Source: Myxococcota bacterium
GTDB lineage: Bacteria > Myxococcota_A > UBA796 > GCA-2862545
Assembly: GCA_039208735.1 (NCBI GenBank)
Contig: JBCCQY010000026.1
Coordinates: 1-64,000 of the forward strand
Direction: 5' to 3'
Length of the DNA stretch: 64,000 bases
Shown here piece after piece: positions 58,349-64,000 of this stretch (positions are counted from its first letter, which is position 1; each line of letters opens with the position of its first letter). The position numbers and the translations under genes were made by a program. Under the pieces are notes generated by a model that was not told where the DNA came from, made no database searches, and saw nothing but the letters and a program-made list of their open reading frames with translations.

Positions 58349-59238
58349 AGCTCATTCGGGTTCTCGAGCTGTTTGCGGGCATCGGGGGATGCGCCGCCGC
58401 GTTGGCCGAGCGTGAAGGGGTGGAGGTGGTGGCGGCCATCGATCACGATGAAGCGGCACATGCCACGTACTGCGCCAACTACGCACACCCTGCCTTCCGC
58501 ATCAACTTGGCATCGATCTCCATCCCGCGTCTGGCCGCGTTTGAAGCGGACGCCTGGTGGATGTCGCCTCCATGCCAGCCGTTCACCGTCCGAGGCCATC
58601 GTCGCGACATTGACGATCCCCGTTGTCAGGCACTGCTACACTTGATCGAAGCTCTCGAAGCGGTGCAGCCTCGCTGGCTAGGGCTCGAAAATGTTCCAGG
58701 ATTCGCCGGATCGATCGCCCACACACGCCTGATCGCGATGTTGCGCACGCACGGGTACAGCATTCAGCAAGGGGAGATCTGTCCAACCTGGCTGGGCATC
58801 CCCAATGAGCGCCGTCGATTCTACCTTGTTGCGGAGCGCGGCGCGGCCCGACCGGTCGACTTTCGGGGGGCATTTCAAGCCCCCCCGGTCCGACGATCGC
58901 TTGCAAGCTACCTCGACCCCCACCCCGATCCTGCGCTCGTCGTGCCCAAGGCCATCGTGACCAAATACGCCCAAGGCCTTGCGGTGGTGGATCCGACGGC
59001 TGCGGACGCCGTTGCTCACTGTTTCACCGCCGCGTATGGGCGCTCCTGGGTGTACAGCGGTTCCTACCTAAAAGACGGGTTACAGATTCGTAGGTTTAGT
59101 CCAGCCGAAATTACTCGGCTGCTTGGATTTCCGGACACCTACCGACCGCCGGTTGGCCGAAAGGCCTTCAAACTGGTTGGAAACGCACTGTCTGTCGACG
59201 TTGTGAAGGCGATCCTGGCCGACTGGGGACCGCGTTAA
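58345..59238 (+). CDS. Dnmt2/TRDMT1-like C5-cytosine methyltransferase (start codon non-canonical or uncertain)
   Basis: RVLELFAGIGG (58357-58389), MSPPCQPFT, ENVPGF, GIPNERRRFY, CFTAAYG..SGS, RRFSPAEI.RLLGFP, GNALSV. Confidence 0.85.
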   Translation, partial: VKLIRVLELFAGIGGCAAALAEREGVEVVAAIDHDEAAHATYCANYAHPAFRINLASISIPRLAAFEADAWWMSPPCQPFTVRGHRRDIDDPRCQALLHLIEALEAVQPRWLGLENVPGFAGSIAHTRLIAMLRTHGYSIQQGEICPTWLGIPNERRRFYLVAERGAARPVDFRGAFQAPPVRRSLASYLDPHPDPALVVPKAIVTKYAQGLAVVDPTAADAVAHCFTAAYGRSWVYSGSYLKDGLQIRRFSPAEITRLLGFPDTYRPPVGRKAFKLVGNALSVDVVKAILADWGPR

Positions 59239-59247
59239 TCGAGCGCC

Positions 59248-60936
59248 ATGTCCCACCGCATCCTTGTTGCCGTTTTGTCGTTGTTGGCTGCCCTTCTGGT
59301 CCTCACGAGTTGGCCAAGCCTTGCCCAGGAGCCCAGTGGGCCCACATGCGCCAACCCACGAGAGGCCGCAGACTCCGTCTTTGACTGGCTTCGAACGAAT
59401 CCAAAGAAGGCGGGTCGGTGCATCGATGCGCCGAAGGGCGTGCGTCCCGAACGGCTGGCCGCGCAGCTCAAGCAGGTGCTCGACGCGCGTGGCCTGCTCG
59501 TTCCAATTTCATCGTTGCCGACCGACCCCGACTACCAGAACGACGACGGTGAACACGTCGTCGCGATTTTACCCGATGACTTGCCGGTGCTCACCGTCAG
59601 CCGGGTGCGCGGAAAGTGGAAGTACTCGAGAGATAGCGCCGAGGCGATTCCGGAACTCTACGCGAGCACCTTCTCCTCGCTGTCGCTGTGGTTCCAGAAT
59701 TCGGGTCCCCCGGTCTTCCACACCCGGGTGCTGGGACTCTACGTCTGGCAGTACCTCTACGGGTTGCTCCTGTTGCTTGTGGCCGTGGTGGTGGGGGTCA
59801 TTGGGCGGGCCTTGCTGCGCAACCAAGTGGCTCGTTTCGTGGCACGGCTCGGTCTTCCGCTCGACGAAAAGACCTACCAGCGAACCAATGGTCCGGTCAT
59901 CGGGGCGGTGACGACGGGATTGCTGTGGTGGGGGCTACCGGACCTGCAGTTGCCGCTCCAGCTTGCGCGAGTCCTCACTAAGCTGCTTGAAATTAGCTTT
60001 TGGGTCTCGGTGCTTGCCGTGGGGTACCAGTTCATCAATGTGGCCGCGACCATCGCCGCATCGTACGCCAAACGGACCCAAAGCCGACTCGATGATCAGG
60101 CCATTCCACTGCTTCGGCAGAGTGCCCATGCGTTGCTGACCATCGTTGGCATCTTGATTCTCTCTGACACGCTCGGATTCGATGTCTGGAAACTGGCCGC
60201 GGGGGTAGGGGTCGGTAGCCTCGCATTTGCGCTCGCGGCTCAAGACACGGTGGCGAACATGTTCGGTTCGCTCAACATCTTTCTCGATCGGCCCTTTCAG
60301 ATCGGTGAGTGGATCAAGATTGGTGACGTCGAAGGGGTCGTGGAGGAGGTCGGGTTTCGGTCGACCCGGGTGCGCACCTTCTACAATTCATTGGTCACGA
60401 TTCCCAACAGCCAGATCACCAACGCCAACGTCGATAACCTTGGTCTACGACCACGGCGCCGCATCAAGCATCAACTCGCGGTGACCTACGGCACGCCCCC
60501 CGACGTGCTCGAGGCCTACGCAACGGGGGTCCGAGCGATTTTGGCGGCTCACCCGTTCGTTCAGAAGACATTTGAAGTCCATGTCTACGATTTGGCTGAT
60601 TCAGCCATTGAAATTCTCGTCTACTACCACGTGGTGACCCCCGGCTGGCACGAGGAGCTGCAGACCCGATCGCAGAACCTCCTCGAGTTCATTCGACTGG
60701 CTGAGACGATGGGTGTTTCCTTTGCTTTTCCGAGTACGAGCCTCTATGTGGAGGCGACGCCCGAGCATCCGTTGCCCGAGGTGGCCACTCCGCCGCTCGA
60801 CGAGTTGCAGGCTCTGGCCGACAGCTTCGGCCCCCAAGGTTCCCGGGCGCGACCGCAAGGGCCGGCTTTTGCCCAAGATTGGACCGCCCAGGCATTACCC
60901 GGCGAGGATCGCGGTTCGGCGAGCGACGAAGGGTGA
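59248..60936 (+). CDS. MscS family mechanosensitive channel with periplasmic N-domain
   Basis: GVGSLAFALAAQDT.AN.FG, DRPFQIGEWI, GVVEEVGFRSTR.RT, IPNS, FAFPS. Confidence 0.95.
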   Translation: MSHRILVAVLSLLAALLVLTSWPSLAQEPSGPTCANPREAADSVFDWLRTNPKKAGRCIDAPKGVRPERLAAQLKQVLDARGLLVPISSLPTDPDYQNDDGEHVVAILPDDLPVLTVSRVRGKWKYSRDSAEAIPELYASTFSSLSLWFQNSGPPVFHTRVLGLYVWQYLYGLLLLLVAVVVGVIGRALLRNQVARFVARLGLPLDEKTYQRTNGPVIGAVTTGLLWWGLPDLQLPLQLARVLTKLLEISFWVSVLAVGYQFINVAATIAASYAKRTQSRLDDQAIPLLRQSAHALLTIVGILILSDTLGFDVWKLAAGVGVGSLAFALAAQDTVANMFGSLNIFLDRPFQIGEWIKIGDVEGVVEEVGFRSTRVRTFYNSLVTIPNSQITNANVDNLGLRPRRRIKHQLAVTYGTPPDVLEAYATGVRAILAAHPFVQKTFEVHVYDLADSAIEILVYYHVVTPGWHEELQTRSQNLLEFIRLAETMGVSFAFPSTSLYVEATPEHPLPEVATPPLDELQALADSFGPQGSRARPQGPAFAQDWTAQALPGEDRGSASDEG

Positions 60937-60958
60937 GCGATCCATCGAGGTGCGGGAA

Positions 60959-62332
60959 TTACCGAACAAACCGAGCTACCAGCTCGAGGTGCCCCGTTTG
61001 AGGAAAGAGATCGACCGGCCACAGGTCGGTGGCTTTCCAGCCCCCTTCCCGAAGGATCTCGGCATCGCGACCGAGTGAGCCCGGGTGACAGGCCACGTAG
61101 ACGAGCACCGGGGCTTGAGTTTGAGCCAGCGCGCGAGCAACCTTCGGATGGAGCCCCGCTCGCGGGGGATCCACCACGATGCGGACGTCTTCGCCGCCCA
61201 CGATTTGTTCGAGGGCATGTTCGACCCGTGCGGCGGTGAACGTGGCTTCGATGCCATTGGCAATGGCGTTCCGTTTTGCGTCTTCGACGGCCGCCGCGAC
61301 TTCCTCCACCCCGACCACGCGGCCGAGTTGGGACGCGAGGTACAAGCCGATCGAGCCTGCGCCGCAGTACAGGTCGAGCAAGGTGGCGCCGGGACTGCTT
61401 CCAATGGCCTCGCCAATCGTGTCGTAGAGCACGACGCATCCCGCGGTGTTCGTCTGCAGAAAGGACGTAGGGCTGACCTGGACCGCCAAGGGCCCCAGTT
61501 TTGCGATGAGGTGTGGACGTCCCCAGGTTCGGGCCACTTCGCCGCGTGCGACATCCGCCACGCCATCGTTGACATGCCACTGCACCCCTACCGCGTGGTC
61601 TTGCAGTGCTTCGGCGAGCTCGACCACGGGTGCGGGGTCTCCGCTCGTGGTGAAAATCACGGCGAGGATGCCGTCGTCGGCTTCGCGGAGCCGGAGGTGT
61701 CGCCAGAATCCTTCGTGCGTGTATGGATGGTAGGGCGGAGGCGCCGTGGGACGTAGCGTATAGGTTCGGACGATGTCGATGACTCGGTTCATGGCGTCCG
61801 AGACGAGGGCACAGGTTGGTGCATCCACCACGCGATCGAAGCGTCCCGGTGCATGAAACCCAAGAAAGCGGCCCTCGATGGGCACGGTGTCCTTTTCGGC
61901 TTCCCGGACCCACTGTCGGACGCCGAACGACAACTCCACTTTGTTTCGGTAGCCATAGGCGGCTTCGGTTCCCCGGACCGGATGGACGGTCGGCCCGTCT
62001 TCCAGCACCGAGGGCACCTGGCTCAACCCCCAATCCACCTTTGCCCTGCGTTGGGCCTCGAGGGTCATCTCCTGAAGGACGCAACCCCCACAGCGCAAGA
62101 ACTGTGGGCAAGCGGGGGTCGCGGCATCGGGAGGTGGGCGGATGAGGGCGGTGCGTCGTGCCAACAGCTGCCCCTTCTTTCGACCCTGGGGCACGACGGC
62201 AACGCGCCCACCGACCGGCGCGAACCGCACCACGACCGGTGGGCCAAAGGGGGACTGACCCAGCCCATGGCCTTTCTTGGTCAATCGATCGATTTCGCAT
62301 TCGAACGGCGGCAGCCGCTTGCGGCGTCCCAT
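60959..62332 (-). CDS. rlmD: 23S rRNA m5U methyltransferase, RlmD/TrmA family
   Basis: TRAM-like N-terminus, CPQFLRCGGC, YRNK, SFLQTN, LDLYCGAGSIG, VDPPRAG, YVAC, VDLFPQTGHLE. Confidence 0.9.
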   Translation of the reverse strand: MGRRKRLPPFECEIDRLTKKGHGLGQSPFGPPVVVRFAPVGGRVAVVPQGRKKGQLLARRTALIRPPPDAATPACPQFLRCGGCVLQEMTLEAQRRAKVDWGLSQVPSVLEDGPTVHPVRGTEAAYGYRNKVELSFGVRQWVREAEKDTVPIEGRFLGFHAPGRFDRVVDAPTCALVSDAMNRVIDIVRTYTLRPTAPPPYHPYTHEGFWRHLRLREADDGILAVIFTTSGDPAPVVELAEALQDHAVGVQWHVNDGVADVARGEVARTWGRPHLIAKLGPLAVQVSPTSFLQTNTAGCVVLYDTIGEAIGSSPGATLLDLYCGAGSIGLYLASQLGRVVGVEEVAAAVEDAKRNAIANGIEATFTAARVEHALEQIVGGEDVRIVVDPPRAGLHPKVARALAQTQAPVLVYVACHPGSLGRDAEILREGGWKATDLWPVDLFPQTGHLELVARFVR

Positions 62333-62413
62333 GGGCGGTCGCGTAACGTGGCCGAGTGTTACGGCGCTGCCGTAGGTCATCGCGCGGAGGCGCGGGCGAA
62401 GGCAGGAGTCATC

Positions 62414-62614
62414 GTGTCGCCGATTGGACGTTCCCTCATCGGAGTGCTCACCACCATCGTCTTCTTGGTCGTGGGCGTTTCCATTGTCGAAGACGCCCCG
62501 TCCATTGGTTGGTTGGTCATCGCGCTTGGCGTGTTGCGCGGCGGGGCTGCCGTGTGGCAGCTGCGGGAAGGGCTCCGCACCCCCTGGACGCACGGCGACG
62601 ACAGCGAGGACTGA
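62414..62614 (+). CDS. Small two-TM membrane protein
   Basis: AGGAG RBS + GTG; two hydrophobic helices; fills the gap between rlmD and the kinase gene. Confidence 0.55.
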   Translation: MSPIGRSLIGVLTTIVFLVVGVSIVEDAPSIGWLVIALGVLRGGAAVWQLREGLRTPWTHGDDSED

Positions 62615-62617
62615 CCG

Positions 62618-63616
62618 CTAGCCGGGGTTTGCGGGAAAGGTGAGGATGAACGTGGTGCCCTCGCCGACCTCGGTACGGACGTCGACCCGACCTTCGTGTT
62701 GCTCCATGACCGCGCGAACCAGTGGCAGGCCTTGCCCCGTGCCTTTGCCTCGGGCTTTGGTGGTGAAGAAGGGGTCGAAGATGCGGTGTCGAATCGTCTG
62801 GGGAATGCCGCATCCGTCGTCGCAGACCTCGATTCGAACTTCGTCTTGGTAGTGCACCGAGCGAATCCGGATCGCACCTTTCCCCTGACGGTTCGGATCG
62901 TTTGCCACGGCGTGGGCCGCATTCACGATCAGGTTGGTGAGAACTTGCTTGATGTCACCCTCGATGCCTTGAATCGGCGGCACCGAGCCCAGTTCGCACG
63001 TCAACTGCGCCACGTACTTCCACTCGTTTCGCGTCAGGTCCACGGTGCGCTCAATGGCTCGGTTGAGGTCAACCGCACGGCGGGTCTCGTCTCCCGGGTG
63101 CGAAAAGTCATTCATGGCCAATACGATCCGTGAGACCTGACGCATGCCCTCGATGCTTTGGTCGAGCGCGTCGGGAATGTCGGCTAGCATGAAGTCGAGG
63201 TCGAGTCTTTGTTCGAACTCGCGCAAGTCTTGGGTGTCGATGGACGACGGAAGCGTTTCGAGGAACGCCCGGTGTGCTTCGACCATGCGTAGGATGGGAT
63301 CCAGACTCTTCTGTACGAAGATGACGTTGGCCAGCACGTACTGAGCGGGCGAGTTGATCTCGTGGGCCACTCCTGCGGCCAGCTTGCCAAGCGCCTCCAG
63401 CTTCTGGGCTTGGCGAAGCTGCGATTCCAGGCTTCGCAGTTGCTGTGTGGCGAGGGTCATTTCCCGTTCCTTGGCCGCGAACTTCTGTTCGAGCCGCTGA
63501 ACTTGCGCCTGTGCCTGCGACAGTTGGCGCTCAAGCCCCTCGCCATTTACGCAGCTTCCCACAGATCCTCCGAAGCGCCCATCCGACCGGCGTGTCTCCT
63601 CCACATCGGCGCGCAA
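62618..63616 (-). CDS. Cytoplasmic NtrB-type histidine kinase with no sensor domain (start uncertain)
   Basis: QKLEALGKLAAGVAHEINSP, NLIVNAAHA, DDGCGI, IFDPFFTTK, GTGQGL. Confidence 0.93.
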   Translation of the reverse strand: MRADVEETRRSDGRFGGSVGSCVNGEGLERQLSQAQAQVQRLEQKFAAKEREMTLATQQLRSLESQLRQAQKLEALGKLAAGVAHEINSPAQYVLANVIFVQKSLDPILRMVEAHRAFLETLPSSIDTQDLREFEQRLDLDFMLADIPDALDQSIEGMRQVSRIVLAMNDFSHPGDETRRAVDLNRAIERTVDLTRNEWKYVAQLTCELGSVPPIQGIEGDIKQVLTNLIVNAAHAVANDPNRQGKGAIRIRSVHYQDEVRIEVCDDGCGIPQTIRHRIFDPFFTTKARGKGTGQGLPLVRAVMEQHEGRVDVRTEVGEGTTFILTFPANPG

Positions 63617-63650
63617 TGGCCGGGGGTTAAAACTCGAAAGGATGGCGAAG

Positions 63651-63998
63651 TTAGTCGACTATGATGATGCGACGGAGCCGGTTGAGCACGGCGACGACCT
63701 CGTGTCGACGGACGGCCACGAGGTCGCCAGGGGGAGCTTCGAAGGGGGAAAGGGCTTCGATGCCTTCGTCGCGAAGGATGGCATCGAGGGCGTCGAGGAG
63801 TTGGGGGATCGTCCGACGCCCATCGGCGAGTTTTGACGCCACAAAGCGGACTGCGTGGCCCAGTGTAGCCGCGTGTCGGGCCGAACGAATGGGTTCGATG
63901 CCGTGCAGTTCGATGTCGGTCTTGTCGTATTGGATGGCTCGGGTATCGCGGCTCCGAATCTTTCGTGGCGCCGCGTCGCGAGCGAGGATGCGAGGCGA
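63651..63998 (-). CDS. C-terminal end of an ABC-class-like ATPase (COG3044/MRB1590-like), truncated by window edge
   Basis: Frame open to the window end: KIRSRDTRAIQYDKTDIELHGIE..., TIPQLLDAL, GIEAL, GDL..VRRHEVVAVLNRLR. Confidence 0.65.
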   Translation of the reverse strand, partial: SPRILARDAAPRKIRSRDTRAIQYDKTDIELHGIEPIRSARHAATLGHAVRFVASKLADGRRTIPQLLDALDAILRDEGIEALSPFEAPPGDLVAVRRHEVVAVLNRLRRIIIVD

Positions 63999-64000
63999 AG

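Overview
High-GC bacterial chromosomal segment, most likely Myxococcota. This is inferred from a CarD/CdnL-type regulator, an FHA-GGDEF cyclase, a TIGR02996-type domain, a membrane Ser/Thr kinase, a TSP3-OmpA protein and a MYXO-CTERM-like motif. It holds about 58 densely packed CDS; no rRNA, tRNA or CRISPR array was seen. Housekeeping genes include prc (partial), clpS-clpA, a YgiQ radical SAM protein, sat, TatD, an Ate/Bpt transferase, zinc-free rpmJ, sthA, MscS and RlmD. The most notable items are: (1) a five-gene operon joined by GTGA overlaps, led by a surface protein with an internal MYXO-CTERM-like sorting signal, a second signal peptide and a beta-barrel, and ending in an ABC permease-CPBP protease fusion; (2) an intact ORF that looks like a catalytically dead RAYT/Y1 transposase retaining its C-terminal HTH; (3) a bacterial Dnmt2-like methyltransferase whose motif I lies upstream of any ATG/GTG/TTG start; (4) an RNA ligase + HD-Pnk repair pair; (5) a Fur-boxed HmuY-TBDT-HmuY operon; (6) a kinase with a TNP heptad repeat. 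All calls come from reading motifs by eye, with no database searches. Several starts were reassigned from the ORF track using RBS or overlap evidence.
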